Program-made: the position numbers and the translations under genes
Shown here: one piece after another, positions 1 through 10,094 of the stretch
How the letters are laid out: every line of letters starts with the position of its first letter
Position numbering within the stretch: position 1 is the first letter of the stretch
Notes under the pieces: model-generated
Told to the model about the DNA's origin: nothing
The model's input: the letters and a program-made list of their open reading frames with translations, nothing else
Databases searched by the model: none
Assembly: GCA_018697675.1 (NCBI GenBank)
Contig: JABINC010000041.1
Coordinates: forward strand, 571-64,570
Direction of reading: 5' to 3'
Length of the DNA stretch: 64,000 bases
Origin: Candidatus Peregrinibacteria bacterium
GTDB lineage: Bacteria > Patescibacteriota > Gracilibacteria > UBA1369 > JABINC01

Positions 1-1
1 T

Positions 2-412
2 TTTACAAACAAACCAACCAAAGAACAAACCGAAGTTTACAACACAGTTTTAAAGGCCCAAACCGCAGCAATAAAGGCAATCGCGCCAGGCATAAAAGCT
101 TCATCTATAGCCAAAATTGCCAAAAAAATCATCGAAGATGCAGGCTATAAAGAATCACATTCTCTTGGCCATGGAGTTGGAATAGAAGTACACGATCCAC
201 CAACTTCACTCAGTATAAAATCCAAAGACATCCTCCGAGAAGGAATGATAGTGACAATCGAACCAGGCATCTACCTCCCAGGTAAATTCGGAGTCCGAAT
301 CGAAGACATGGGAGTAGTCACTCGCACAGGAATCAAAATATTCACAAAAACACCAAAAAAATTGAGCTCTAATTGCAAGCCAAGCACCTCTACCATTTCT
401 CAAGTTCGCTAA
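2..412 (+). CDS. Xaa-Pro aminopeptidase (peptidase M24), C-terminal part; 5' truncated by window edge
   Basis: Frame +2 reads ...HSLGHGVGIEVHDPP...LREGMIVTIEPGIYLPGKFGVRIEDMGVVT, the M24 metal-binding motifs; TAA at 410-412. Not in the ORF track. Confidence 0.9.
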   Translation, partial: FTNKPTKEQTEVYNTVLKAQTAAIKAIAPGIKASSIAKIAKKIIEDAGYKESHSLGHGVGIEVHDPPTSLSIKSKDILREGMIVTIEPGIYLPGKFGVRIEDMGVVTRTGIKIFTKTPKKLSSNCKPSTSTISQVR

Positions 413-1364
413 GTGCAAAATCCACTATATCAATACTTTCTTTAAAATCATCAATATAGAGTTGTAGAATTTTTGGATTCAAGATTTCACGTGCAAAAGA
501 ACATTCAAATCTATTGCTTCTACCAGAGAATCCTAAAGAAAATCGATGTTGCTTAAATGAAAATACGAAGGCTCTTTCAGGATATTTACTTCTCAAGCCT
601 CGTGCTATAGACAAAAATTTATTGGAAAAACTCATTCCTATATCTTCAGAGGGCGCAAACATACGGAACTCATTGCCAATGGCAGGATCAGAGATAGGAA
701 TAGCAACTCCACGCCCCTTTCCTCCAAATATTTTCATAACCTTGCCAAGTGAGGCAGTAAGCAAATCTTCTTTGCCACGCAAGAAATACATAGGCCCTTC
801 AGAAAGCTTTTCATGTAAGTCAAAAATATAAAACTGACCTTTGAAAATAGTACGAGTCCTACTACTCTTCCCTCCTCCAGATTTTCTTTTAGCTTTCACA
901 TCAGAAAATTTAACATTTACCTTCCCATTTAGAGAAAATAAATCACTTCCTTTGTAACGATTCGGAACATAATTGAACAATCCGGCATCGACAAAATCCT
1001 CTTTGGAAATCTTATCAAGAGGGGAATATTGAAATCGTTTATCGATATCCCTAATCAACTTCTCAACAACAAGGGTTTTATAACGTTCAGCATGTTGTTG
1101 TGTTTTTTTTGAAGTAGAAATCATAAATGCAAAAATCGAAAAAAATGCAGCAATAACCAGAAGAAATGCATACTTCGAATATTCTTGTGCAAATTCACTC
1201 ACAATCATAAGAAACCCAAAAGTTCCAAAAAGAAAAATAACAAGGAAGAGAATCGACATATTCATTCTCTTTTTAAATGCGCGAAATTGCAAAATATCAG
1301 GAGAGTTTTCCAGACTCTGAATCAAATTATGAATCAGCGGCGAAATTGAACCTTTCTCATCCAT
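390..1364 (-). CDS. DUF3137-like membrane protein (2 N-terminal TM helices + soluble domain)
   Basis: Two hydrophobic helices, then YKTLVVEKLI...YKGSDLF...FSDV...TIFKGQFY pattern resembling DUF3137; family assigned from memory. Confidence 0.6.
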   Translation of the reverse strand: MDEKGSISPLIHNLIQSLENSPDILQFRAFKKRMNMSILFLVIFLFGTFGFLMIVSEFAQEYSKYAFLLVIAAFFSIFAFMISTSKKTQQHAERYKTLVVEKLIRDIDKRFQYSPLDKISKEDFVDAGLFNYVPNRYKGSDLFSLNGKVNVKFSDVKAKRKSGGGKSSRTRTIFKGQFYIFDLHEKLSEGPMYFLRGKEDLLTASLGKVMKIFGGKGRGVAIPISDPAIGNEFRMFAPSEDIGMSFSNKFLSIARGLRSKYPERAFVFSFKQHRFSLGFSGRSNRFECSFAREILNPKILQLYIDDFKESIDIVDFALSELEKW

Positions 1365-1450
1365 AGAATAATCTTTACATAAACTAACAGAAAGGTATCA
1401 TACGGAGCGTCTAAGTTACAACATTTTTAAAGACAATAACAACTTTGCTT

Positions 1451-3235
1451 ATGTGCGGAATCTTCTCTTATTTCGGACCAAAGACCAATATCGAAGAATT
1501 GATCACGGGAGGGCTTATGAATCTTGAATATCGTGGATATGACTCTTGGGGAATTGCTTACAAAACAGCTCAAGGAATTGAAATTGAAAAAGAAATCGGA
1601 AAAATAAGTGATAGAGTTTTATCGAATAATTCACAAGACACAGGCCTTGAAACAAACATTGCAATTGGTCATTCAAGGTGGGCAACGCATGGAGGAGTAA
1701 CACAGGCTAATGCACATCCACATTTTTCAGCAGATAAAAATATCGTACTCGTACACAATGGAATTATTGAAAATTTCTTTGAATTGAAAGAGGAATTGAA
1801 AAAGGGAGGGGTAGAATTTGTTTCTGAAACTGACACAGAGGTATTCGCTCATTTGATCAGTCTTTATTTACATGAAGGATTCGAAGAAGCTGTTAAAAAA
1901 GCCTTGGCTAAGGTTCATGGGAGATTTGCAATTGTTGTGATCTGCAAAGATGAAAATAAATTGATCGCGGCTCGCGTCGGCTCACCGCTGATTGTAGGAA
2001 TCGACAAAGAACAAAATGAATATTTCATAGCTTCGGATATCCCGGCCTTCCTAAAACACACCAAAGACGTAATGTATCTGGACGATGGACAGATGGTGAC
2101 AATTGATCAAAATGGTGCGCATTTCTATGATATGGAATCAGGGAAGAGGATTGAAAAACGTATTGTGACAATCGATTGGGATTTGGAAAGTGCTGAGAAA
2201 GGTGACTTCGCACACTTCATGATAAAAGAAATCACAGAGCAAAAAAACACTCTTCACAGGGCAATAAATCAGGATGCTGGATTAATTTTGGAACTCGCAG
2301 AATGTATCAAAAACGCATATGGAACATTTTTGATCGGATGCGGAACCGCTGGAAAAGTGTGTATGGTAGCGGAATACCTATTCGCACACGTGGCAAAACG
2401 TCACATCAATGTAGCATTCGGATCAGAATTCAATCATTACAAGCATTTCATAAAAGACAAGAGTTTAATGATAGCGGTATCGCAAAGCGGAGAAACGGCG
2501 GACACTCTAGAGGCAATAGAAGTTGCAAAAGGAAAAGGAGCAAATATTGCATCAATTCTAAATGTAGAAACCTCAACCATGGCTCGAATTTCAGACTTCG
2601 TACTCCCAGTCAAAGCCGGCCCCGAAAAAGCCGTTGCATCTACAAAAGTTACCACTTCTCAAATAGCAATTTTGACCCTACTCGCATACGCACTCGCAGA
2701 TAGATTAGAAGAAGGAGAACAACTGTTAATCGCAGCGGCAGGACAAATCAACGACATGCTAAATCCAAGATACGAGAGACATATAAAAGCTCTCGCAGAC
2801 AAAATTTATCACTCAGAAAGCATGTACATCATCGGAAAAGACATGAATTACCCAATAGCTCTGGAGGCTGCAATCAAGCTGCAGGAAGTTTCATATATTC
2901 ATGCGGAAGGGTTCGCCGGAGGCGAACTCAAACACGGCCCAATTGCCCTGATTTCCGAAGGGACTCCAGTCATCGCAATAGTTGCAAATGACGAATACAA
3001 ACAAGAAATTCTCTCAAATGCTATGGAGATCAAAGCAAGAGGCGGCTACATAATCGGAGTCAGCCCCGAGAATTCAGAAATCTTCGACTATTGGATTAAG
3101 GTCCCAGATGCCGGGAATGCATCCCCAATCGTAAACATCATCCCAATCCAAATCCTCGCCTACTACCTATCTTTGCTGCGCGAAAACAACCCCGACATGC
3201 CCCGCAACCTTGCGAAAAGCGTGACTGTTAAGTAA
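1451..3235 (+). CDS. glmS: glutamine--fructose-6-phosphate aminotransferase
   Basis: Starts MCGI (catalytic Cys; ATG 1451); EYRGYDS, GHSRWATHG, SQSGETAD, C-terminal PRNLAKSVTV. Confidence 0.98.
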   Translation: MCGIFSYFGPKTNIEELITGGLMNLEYRGYDSWGIAYKTAQGIEIEKEIGKISDRVLSNNSQDTGLETNIAIGHSRWATHGGVTQANAHPHFSADKNIVLVHNGIIENFFELKEELKKGGVEFVSETDTEVFAHLISLYLHEGFEEAVKKALAKVHGRFAIVVICKDENKLIAARVGSPLIVGIDKEQNEYFIASDIPAFLKHTKDVMYLDDGQMVTIDQNGAHFYDMESGKRIEKRIVTIDWDLESAEKGDFAHFMIKEITEQKNTLHRAINQDAGLILELAECIKNAYGTFLIGCGTAGKVCMVAEYLFAHVAKRHINVAFGSEFNHYKHFIKDKSLMIAVSQSGETADTLEAIEVAKGKGANIASILNVETSTMARISDFVLPVKAGPEKAVASTKVTTSQIAILTLLAYALADRLEEGEQLLIAAAGQINDMLNPRYERHIKALADKIYHSESMYIIGKDMNYPIALEAAIKLQEVSYIHAEGFAGGELKHGPIALISEGTPVIAIVANDEYKQEILSNAMEIKARGGYIIGVSPENSEIFDYWIKVPDAGNASPIVNIIPIQILAYYLSLLRENNPDMPRNLAKSVTVK

Positions 3236-3293
3236 TCCATAGAATTATAATCAGAAATGCGCTATAATACTGAGAGTAATTAGCATTTTAAAG

Positions 3294-4691
3294 ATGTTCA
3301 AAAACACAAAAATCGTAGCAACGCTGGGACCATCCTCAGATGACTACACAACTATCAAGAAGATGGTGCAGGCCGGAATGAATGTTGCACGGCTCAATTT
3401 TTCGCATGGGACTCATGAACATCATGCGCATCTTCTAAAAACTGTTCGGAAGGTTGCCAAGAACCTCGACACACCAATTGCAATCATACAAGATCTCCAA
3501 GGTCCAAAAATTCGCGTAGGAGAATTAAAAAAACCTGTGAAAGTTAAGAAAGGACAAATTATTAAACTTTCAACAAAACGCGCAGGAAAAGAAAGCGTCA
3601 CTATCGTGCCGCTGCAATACCACTCCCTTCCCTCAGAAGTTAAAAAAGACACAACAATATTTATAAATGACGGACTTATCGAATTAAAAGTTCTAAAAAC
3701 AAACCGTAAAGATCTCATAGAATGCAAAGTAATTTGCGGAGGAGAAATCACTTCACGCAGAGGAATCAATGTAATAGATGGCTGCCTAAAATCCGCAACG
3801 CTCACAGCAAAAGACAAAAAAGATCTCGCCTGGGGAATCAAAAATAAAGTGGATTACATCGCTCTTTCATTCGTAAAAGATGCCAAAGACATAAGAGATT
3901 TGAAACGCCGACTCAAAGGAACTGATATAAAAGTAATTGCAAAAATTGAAAGACGAGAAGCCGTAGAAGAAAAAATTCTGGAAGCAATTATAAAAGCTTC
4001 TGACGCAATTATGGTGGCCCGCGGAGACCTGGGGGTTGAAGTGAGACCAGAGTATGTGCCTATCTTGCAAAAAAGAATGATTCACCTTGCAAACGAATAT
4101 GCCAGACCAGTCATCACGGCCACTCAAATGCTCCAATCCATGATTCACAATCCCGCTCCGACAAGGGCCGAAGTTAGCGATGTTGCAAATGCAATTCTAG
4201 ATCACACAGATGCCGTAATGCTCTCAAATGAGACTTCAACTGGCCCCTACCCTATAAAAGCCGTTCGCATAATGAAACGAATCGCAACGGTCACAGAGGA
4301 AGAGATGAAACGTCATGAAATTCTCATGCCGACAAATATAAAAAACATGCCAGTGATCTGTGCAAACGCATATGCTGGAGTGAGACTCGCATTTGATATG
4401 GAAGCACACATGATAGTTGTCCTAACTCGCACAGGAGAAAGCGCTCTAAAAGTTGCAAAATATCGACCTCTCAAACACAACGTTATCTTCACTGCAGACG
4501 AAAAAACAAAGAACCAATTGTCACTAGTCTGGGGCGTAAATGAAATATTCTGTACAAATAATTTCGCCAAGCTTACAACCAAAGAAATCGTACAAATTCT
4601 GAAGAAAGAAAAACTCACTTTCAAAGGCCAAGAAATTATAATCATCGATGCCAGAGAAAGATCTCGAAAAATCGAGACAGTTGTGATATGA
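3294..4691 (+). CDS. pyk: pyruvate kinase
   Basis: TKIVATLGP, ARLNFSHG, DLQGPKIR, IAKIE, MVARGDLGVE, ATQML, DAVMLSNET; ends in TGA. Confidence 0.98.
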   Translation: MFKNTKIVATLGPSSDDYTTIKKMVQAGMNVARLNFSHGTHEHHAHLLKTVRKVAKNLDTPIAIIQDLQGPKIRVGELKKPVKVKKGQIIKLSTKRAGKESVTIVPLQYHSLPSEVKKDTTIFINDGLIELKVLKTNRKDLIECKVICGGEITSRRGINVIDGCLKSATLTAKDKKDLAWGIKNKVDYIALSFVKDAKDIRDLKRRLKGTDIKVIAKIERREAVEEKILEAIIKASDAIMVARGDLGVEVRPEYVPILQKRMIHLANEYARPVITATQMLQSMIHNPAPTRAEVSDVANAILDHTDAVMLSNETSTGPYPIKAVRIMKRIATVTEEEMKRHEILMPTNIKNMPVICANAYAGVRLAFDMEAHMIVVLTRTGESALKVAKYRPLKHNVIFTADEKTKNQLSLVWGVNEIFCTNNFAKLTTKEIVQILKKEKLTFKGQEIIIIDARERSRKIETVVI

Positions 4692-4768
4692 AATCATCAC
4701 ATTACAAACAAAAATCAACTAGCTCTCCAACAAAAAACGATTACAATGACACCTCGTAAACTTTTTTG

Positions 4769-5800
4769 ATGAGAACTTTAAGCATACATGATGTCTGCAA
4801 GGTAGCAAAACCCTTAATCGAAATTATAGAGGTAGACCTACCAAACAGCTGGGAAGACCACCTGACCAGTGAATTTGAAGGCATAGAGCTGCATACAGCA
4901 AGAGATTTAGGGGAATTGGCAGCGACGGTAAAGAAAAGAATACTGACATTGGCCCTCACCGACGACCTATTAATGCAACAATATCTCTTCATTTTTCATC
5001 GAGCTAGAAACGATGCCAGATTGGCTTTAGCACTAGAACTTGATCTCGAAGAAATGTGCGAAAAAGAGATTGCCGGATTCGATTATTCCGCAAGGACAGG
5101 ATTTCTAGAATTTCTAAAAACGAGAAATGGGGAATGGGCATCCGGTGATCTGAAAAACTGGCCCCATCCAAAATATTCCGGTGAGGTAATACGCCACAGA
5201 ATTTGTTCTCTCATAGGAGAAATGACCCCAGAATCAATACTTATAGTGGCTGGCCCAGAAGGAGCCGAATTATTGAAGAGGAATCCATTCATTATAAAAA
5301 GATCAAAAATGATAAGGTGCGAAATGGAAGGCATTGTGCAATTAGCAGGATTTTTAAAGTCTTTGAAAAAAGGACAAACATGGGCCTCCGAAGATTTGAA
5401 AGAATACCCAGGAAATAAAATTGACGGGGGGAAAATAAGAAAGTGGTTCACAAGAAACATAGGATTTATAAAAAGTAGAGTAGACGCATTTCTTATGAAA
5501 TATGGATATGAAAAATATATAACACGTAATCCATTTAGAGGAAGAATACTCAGGGATCCAAAAATGGTAAAAAAATACCTGGAAGAGTTCATAAGAAGTA
5601 CCCCTAACAACGGATGGAGTATCTCAAATCTTTTAGCCTGGACGTCAAAAGATGGACTAGCTATAGGAAGAACTCTCTATTCATATCTCGAATGGACCAG
5701 CGAATCTGGGATAATAAGAACCCTCAAGAAATATGGAATCGATATAGAATTACTAGAAACATATCCTTTCTTCCCCAAAAATGATCACCATCCGAGGTAA
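4769..5800 (+). CDS. hypothetical protein with three ~80-aa tandem repeats
   Basis: Long ORF; three units of FL..(x)..W...DL..W/Y...G..I...(NPF/YPF). Confidence 0.75.
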   Translation: MRTLSIHDVCKVAKPLIEIIEVDLPNSWEDHLTSEFEGIELHTARDLGELAATVKKRILTLALTDDLLMQQYLFIFHRARNDARLALALELDLEEMCEKEIAGFDYSARTGFLEFLKTRNGEWASGDLKNWPHPKYSGEVIRHRICSLIGEMTPESILIVAGPEGAELLKRNPFIIKRSKMIRCEMEGIVQLAGFLKSLKKGQTWASEDLKEYPGNKIDGGKIRKWFTRNIGFIKSRVDAFLMKYGYEKYITRNPFRGRILRDPKMVKKYLEEFIRSTPNNGWSISNLLAWTSKDGLAIGRTLYSYLEWTSESGIIRTLKKYGIDIELLETYPFFPKNDHHPR

Positions 5801-5862
5801 AAACTGGCGACTTGTTTTAACACGCTCATCCCCTATAATACATGTACTATTTAAAATAGAAT

Positions 5863-6342
5863 ATGATCATACTCGGCATCGATCCCGGAACTGCAACTAC
5901 TGGTTTTGCTATACTCAAACAAAGATCAGATTCATTACAATTGATAGATTATGGATGCATACGGACAAAAGCGGAAAAACCTCATCATGAAAGACTTAAT
6001 GAAATTGCAAAAGATTTAACTGATATAATCAATAAATACAAACCGACAACCTGCGCTATAGAAAAACTTTTCTTTTCAAAAAACATTAAGACAGCAATGA
6101 CCGTATCAGAAGCCCGCGGAGTGCTCATGCAACAAGCCTCAAATGCCGGTCTGGACATCTACGAATACACCCCAAATGAAGTAAAATCTACCGTGACAGG
6201 CGATGGGAAAGCAGATAAACTCCAGGTGCAAAAAATGGTTAAAGTAATCCTCAACTTAAGAGAAATACCCAAGCCAGATGACGCCGCAGATGCTATCGCA
6301 ATTGCACTATGTCATTTGCAAAAATCCAAATTGCCAAAATAA
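5863..6342 (+). CDS. ruvC: Holliday junction resolvase RuvC
   Basis: ILGIDPG, AIEKLFF, EARGV, EYTPNEVK, PDDAADAIAIALCH. Confidence 0.97.
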   Translation: MIILGIDPGTATTGFAILKQRSDSLQLIDYGCIRTKAEKPHHERLNEIAKDLTDIINKYKPTTCAIEKLFFSKNIKTAMTVSEARGVLMQQASNAGLDIYEYTPNEVKSTVTGDGKADKLQVQKMVKVILNLREIPKPDDAADAIAIALCHLQKSKLPK

Positions 6343-6343
6343 A

Positions 6344-7789
6344 ATGAAAAAACTTTCAAACCTACTCATCTTACTCACGCTAATACTGCTAAGTGTTGTT
6401 CTCATACAACATTTTGGACTAACCAAATACGTTACAAGTCATTTTTCAACTCAAGAAGAAGCCGTTCAAGAAGAAGTAGAAACCAAAGAAAAAATTAGAA
6501 CTAGAATTTCATATGCAAAGCATATCGAAAAAGGAGATAGCCGGTTTCAAAATGGGTATCTTACCCTTGCGATCACAGAATACAGCCTGGCAAGTCAACT
6601 CGAACCCACTTTGCCAGAACCATATATCAAGATCGGAAAAGTCCACTTCGGCGAAAAAGATTTCACAAAAGCATTGGAAAATTTCCGAATAGCTAATCAA
6701 ATTGATATAAAAAATATTGAATCAAAAATTCTAATTGGAATTACATATATAAGCCTCAGCGAATTCGACAAATCTGAGAAAATTTTCAACTCCATAGAAG
6801 GCAACGATGCAAGAATTTATTATTACAGAGGCCTACTCGGCGTACTTTACAAGAGATATGAAGATGCAAAATATAATTTAGAAGAAGTTCTAAAAATCAA
6901 TCCCGAGAGTCAAATAGCTGACAATGCTAAAAGAATACTAAATGCATTCACAACTTTCGAAGGTAGTGAGGGGGCACAAGAGACTTATCTCCGCACTCTG
7001 CTAGCTCAAAATTTAAGTGAAATAAACGAGCACAACTTAACAATACAAGTAATTTATGACGTTCTGGAAGCCAATCCAGAATATCGTGATGCATGGATAA
7101 TCCTGGGGTATTCTTATTTGAATCTAGAGAAATATTTCGATGCAATATCAAGCCTAAAAGAAGCCGAAGAAATAGACCCAAGTAAACCAGAGACTCTATA
7201 TTTCCTGGGACTTGCCGAGAAAAAACAAGGCGAATATGGAGAATCTATAAATCATTTGGAAATTGCACTTAGAAATGGTTTTGAACCAAAAGAAGCAGTA
7301 TTTAAAGAACTTGCAGAAGGATATCTCAAAAATGAAGAATACGAAAAATCAGTTCAATACTATGAAAAATTGATTGAAGTTAATCCTGAAAATCTCGATG
7401 CATTTATAAAAGCAATTTGGATTTACCTGGATTTCATAGGTGATTCAAACAAGGCGACAGAAATAGCAGAGAGCGTCGTACTATCTCACCCAGATAGTGC
7501 ACTTAGCTACAATTTACTCGGCTGGGCCTTGGCAGAAGAAGGAGACGTGGAAGGATCAAAAGAGAATTTAGACAAAGCCATTGAAATGGATGAAAACTTG
7601 GCAGCCGCATATTTGAATTTAGGAATCTGGTATGAGGTGCAAGATAATTTGAAAGAAGCCAAAGCCAACTACAACCGTGCATACGAACTAGAAAAAGGCA
7701 CAGCCATAGGTGAAAAAGCCATGATCCGATATAATGCAATCATAAAGGCTGAAGCGGCAGAAGAAGTAACTCCAAATTCAACTAACTAA
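6344..7789 (+). CDS. membrane-anchored tetratricopeptide-repeat protein
   Basis: Probable ATG 6344 (MKKLSNLLILLTLILLSVVLI, N-terminal anchor/signal) followed by many TPR units (e.g. AWIILGYSYLNLEKYFDAISSLKEAEEIDP). Confidence 0.9.
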   Translation: MKKLSNLLILLTLILLSVVLIQHFGLTKYVTSHFSTQEEAVQEEVETKEKIRTRISYAKHIEKGDSRFQNGYLTLAITEYSLASQLEPTLPEPYIKIGKVHFGEKDFTKALENFRIANQIDIKNIESKILIGITYISLSEFDKSEKIFNSIEGNDARIYYYRGLLGVLYKRYEDAKYNLEEVLKINPESQIADNAKRILNAFTTFEGSEGAQETYLRTLLAQNLSEINEHNLTIQVIYDVLEANPEYRDAWIILGYSYLNLEKYFDAISSLKEAEEIDPSKPETLYFLGLAEKKQGEYGESINHLEIALRNGFEPKEAVFKELAEGYLKNEEYEKSVQYYEKLIEVNPENLDAFIKAIWIYLDFIGDSNKATEIAESVVLSHPDSALSYNLLGWALAEEGDVEGSKENLDKAIEMDENLAAAYLNLGIWYEVQDNLKEAKANYNRAYELEKGTAIGEKAMIRYNAIIKAEAAEEVTPNSTN

Positions 7790-7797
7790 ACTTAAAA

Positions 7798-8568
7798 ATG
7801 GAAGCATCAATACCATTCCTGATATTCATATTCGGAACCTGCATCGGAAGTTTTTTGAGCGTCTTGATCCACCGAATACACGAAAACGAAAAAGGGATCC
7901 TGCTTGGCAGATCAAAGTGCCCAGAGTGTAAATACTCTCTCCGTCCACTAGATCTAATCCCTCTAATTTCATATGTATTTTCACGTGGGAAATGTAGGAA
8001 TTGTGAAAAAAAAATCAGCCTTACCTACCCTGCCCTAGAACTGATGACTGGGGCCACATTTCTATGTCTCTATCTATTTTTAGGATCACCTCTATATATA
8101 GGAATATATTATATTCTAGCATTTGCAGCACTAATTTTCACGTTTTTCTACGATATCAAATACATGAAAATAAGTGATCGGATCCTTTTACCTGTAATTG
8201 GACTGGGATTGCTCATGCCATTTGTGCCAGGATATTCACTCGGATTTACAGAGGTTCTCATAGGATTTGCGATACCGGTTGTGTTTTTCGCACTGCAAAT
8301 TCTGATCTCCGGCGGCCGATGGATCGGCGGCGGCGACCTACGAATCGGCGCACTCATGGGGGTTTTGCTTGGCTGGAAATTAGTGATTGTGGCTTTGTTC
8401 AGCGGATATTTAGCCGGCGCCATAATCAGCCTAATCCTCCTAACGTCATCAAAATTCAATCGAAAAAGCATGATTCCTTTCGGGCCATTTTTGGTAATCG
8501 GCACCTATATCGCATTCTTCTACGGAGAAAGAATAATTGAGTGGTATTTAGCATTGATTTCAGTATAA
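7798..8568 (+). CDS. pilD: type IV prepilin peptidase (A24)
   Basis: GSFLSV, RSKCPEC...IPLISY...GKCRNC, FYDIKY and GGGDLR aspartates, IPFGPFL. Confidence 0.95.
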   Translation: MEASIPFLIFIFGTCIGSFLSVLIHRIHENEKGILLGRSKCPECKYSLRPLDLIPLISYVFSRGKCRNCEKKISLTYPALELMTGATFLCLYLFLGSPLYIGIYYILAFAALIFTFFYDIKYMKISDRILLPVIGLGLLMPFVPGYSLGFTEVLIGFAIPVVFFALQILISGGRWIGGGDLRIGALMGVLLGWKLVIVALFSGYLAGAIISLILLTSSKFNRKSMIPFGPFLVIGTYIAFFYGERIIEWYLALISV

Positions 8569-8593
8569 TACGTACCGCATATAATATTGGACA

Positions 8594-9667
8594 ATGAAAG
8601 CCGTAATTTTAGCAGGGGGATCAGGAACTCGCCTCTGGCCATTATCAAGAAAGGAAAGCCCCAAACAACTACACAAACTCGTATCAAGGAAAACCCTTTT
8701 ACAGGAGACGATAGACCGTCTCGATTTTCTTGCGCCAGAAGATATCTACATTGCAACCAACGAAAAATATATTGAAGAAGTTAAAGCTCAGACAAAAGAA
8801 ATCCCTGAAAAAAACTTCATAGTCGAACCGGCCATGCGAGACACCGCGACCTGCATTGGCTTTGCAGCAAGTTACATAGCAAAAGATCATCCACATGAAG
8901 TGATGGCAGTCGTTTACTCAGATCAATTGATAAAAGAGAAAAAGAATTTCCAAGAAAAATTGAAAGTAGCAGAACGCATAGCTCGTGAGGAAAACACCAT
9001 CAACATAATAGAAGTAAAAGCCCGTTATCCGAGTACAGCATACGGTTATGTCATGCTCGGAGATGCTCTCGAACCAGTAGATGGGCACGAGATTTATGGT
9101 TTCGAAAAATTCGTAGAAAAACCAAATGCAGAAACAGCTGCAAAGCTAGTTGAATCATTTAAATACATGTGGAACACGGGTCTTTATGTATGGCGTATCG
9201 ACACAATCCTAAAAGCCTATGCAGAATTCCTGCCAGACACATACCGCAGACTCATGAAGATGATGAAAAACATGGGACATGACTGGGCAGAAAGTCAGAT
9301 CAAACAAGAATATCGCGCATGCGAGAAAATCTCTATCGATTACGGAATCATGGAGAAAATCAACAAGAAGAAAGTACGTATAATTCCAGCTTACTTAGGA
9401 TGGAGCGACATTGGAACATGGAAAACTCTCCACGAAGAATTAACCAAAAGCCCAGACGGTAACTTGAAAAAAGGTAGCGTACTAGCGATCGATACAAAGG
9501 GCTCTCTCATATACAACTATTCAAAAAAATTAGTTGCAACACTCGGCGTGCAAGATCTAGTGATTGTAGAGACCGAAGATGCCCTACTCGTCTGCTCAAA
9601 AGAACATTCATCCGATCTAAAAAAACTTATAAAAGAGGTGGGAGAACATAAAAAAGAATTACTTTAA
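8594..9667 (+). CDS. manC: mannose-1-phosphate guanylyltransferase
   Basis: VILAGGSGTRLWPLSR..PKQ, FVEKP, WNTG, ISIDYGIMEK, WSDIGTW. Confidence 0.93.
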   Translation: MKAVILAGGSGTRLWPLSRKESPKQLHKLVSRKTLLQETIDRLDFLAPEDIYIATNEKYIEEVKAQTKEIPEKNFIVEPAMRDTATCIGFAASYIAKDHPHEVMAVVYSDQLIKEKKNFQEKLKVAERIAREENTINIIEVKARYPSTAYGYVMLGDALEPVDGHEIYGFEKFVEKPNAETAAKLVESFKYMWNTGLYVWRIDTILKAYAEFLPDTYRRLMKMMKNMGHDWAESQIKQEYRACEKISIDYGIMEKINKKKVRIIPAYLGWSDIGTWKTLHEELTKSPDGNLKKGSVLAIDTKGSLIYNYSKKLVATLGVQDLVIVETEDALLVCSKEHSSDLKKLIKEVGEHKKELL

Positions 9668-9680
9668 ACAAAAATCAAAC

Positions 9681-10067
9681 ATGGACATACAAATCAAACT
9701 CAAGCCCTGGGGTCGCGAAATATGGTTTGCACACACCGATCATTACGCAGGGAAAATTCTTGAAGTAAAAAAAGGTCAACGATTATCTCTACAATATCAT
9801 GAGAAAAAAGAAGAAACTCAATATTTATACAAAGGACAGGTGAAGTTTACTTACGGCACAGACCAAGAGTCCCTGCAAGAAATAATTTTAAATCCTGGTG
9901 ACAAGTTCGACATCACTCCATATACTATCCACCGCGTTGAAGCTATAGAAGATAGTGAGATTTTTGAAGTATCTACTCCAGAACTCACCGATGTAGTAAA
10001 ACTTGCAGATGATTATGGTAGATCGGGAAAAGGAAACAACGAAGAATTAGATTCGACATTACACTAA
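9681..10067 (+). CDS. cupin protein resembling the type II mannose-6-phosphate isomerase C-terminal domain
   Basis: KPWG, RLSLQYHEKKEE, HRVEA, EVSTP; directly after manC. Confidence 0.8.
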   Translation: MDIQIKLKPWGREIWFAHTDHYAGKILEVKKGQRLSLQYHEKKEETQYLYKGQVKFTYGTDQESLQEIILNPGDKFDITPYTIHRVEAIEDSEIFEVSTPELTDVVKLADDYGRSGKGNNEELDSTLH

Positions 10068-10094
10068 AAAAGTTAAATTTTTAATTACACAACT

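Noticed and set aside
1365-1450. glmS ribozyme upstream of glmS
   Set aside because: Only ~86 bp of AT-rich divergent intergenic DNA, with no room or conserved core
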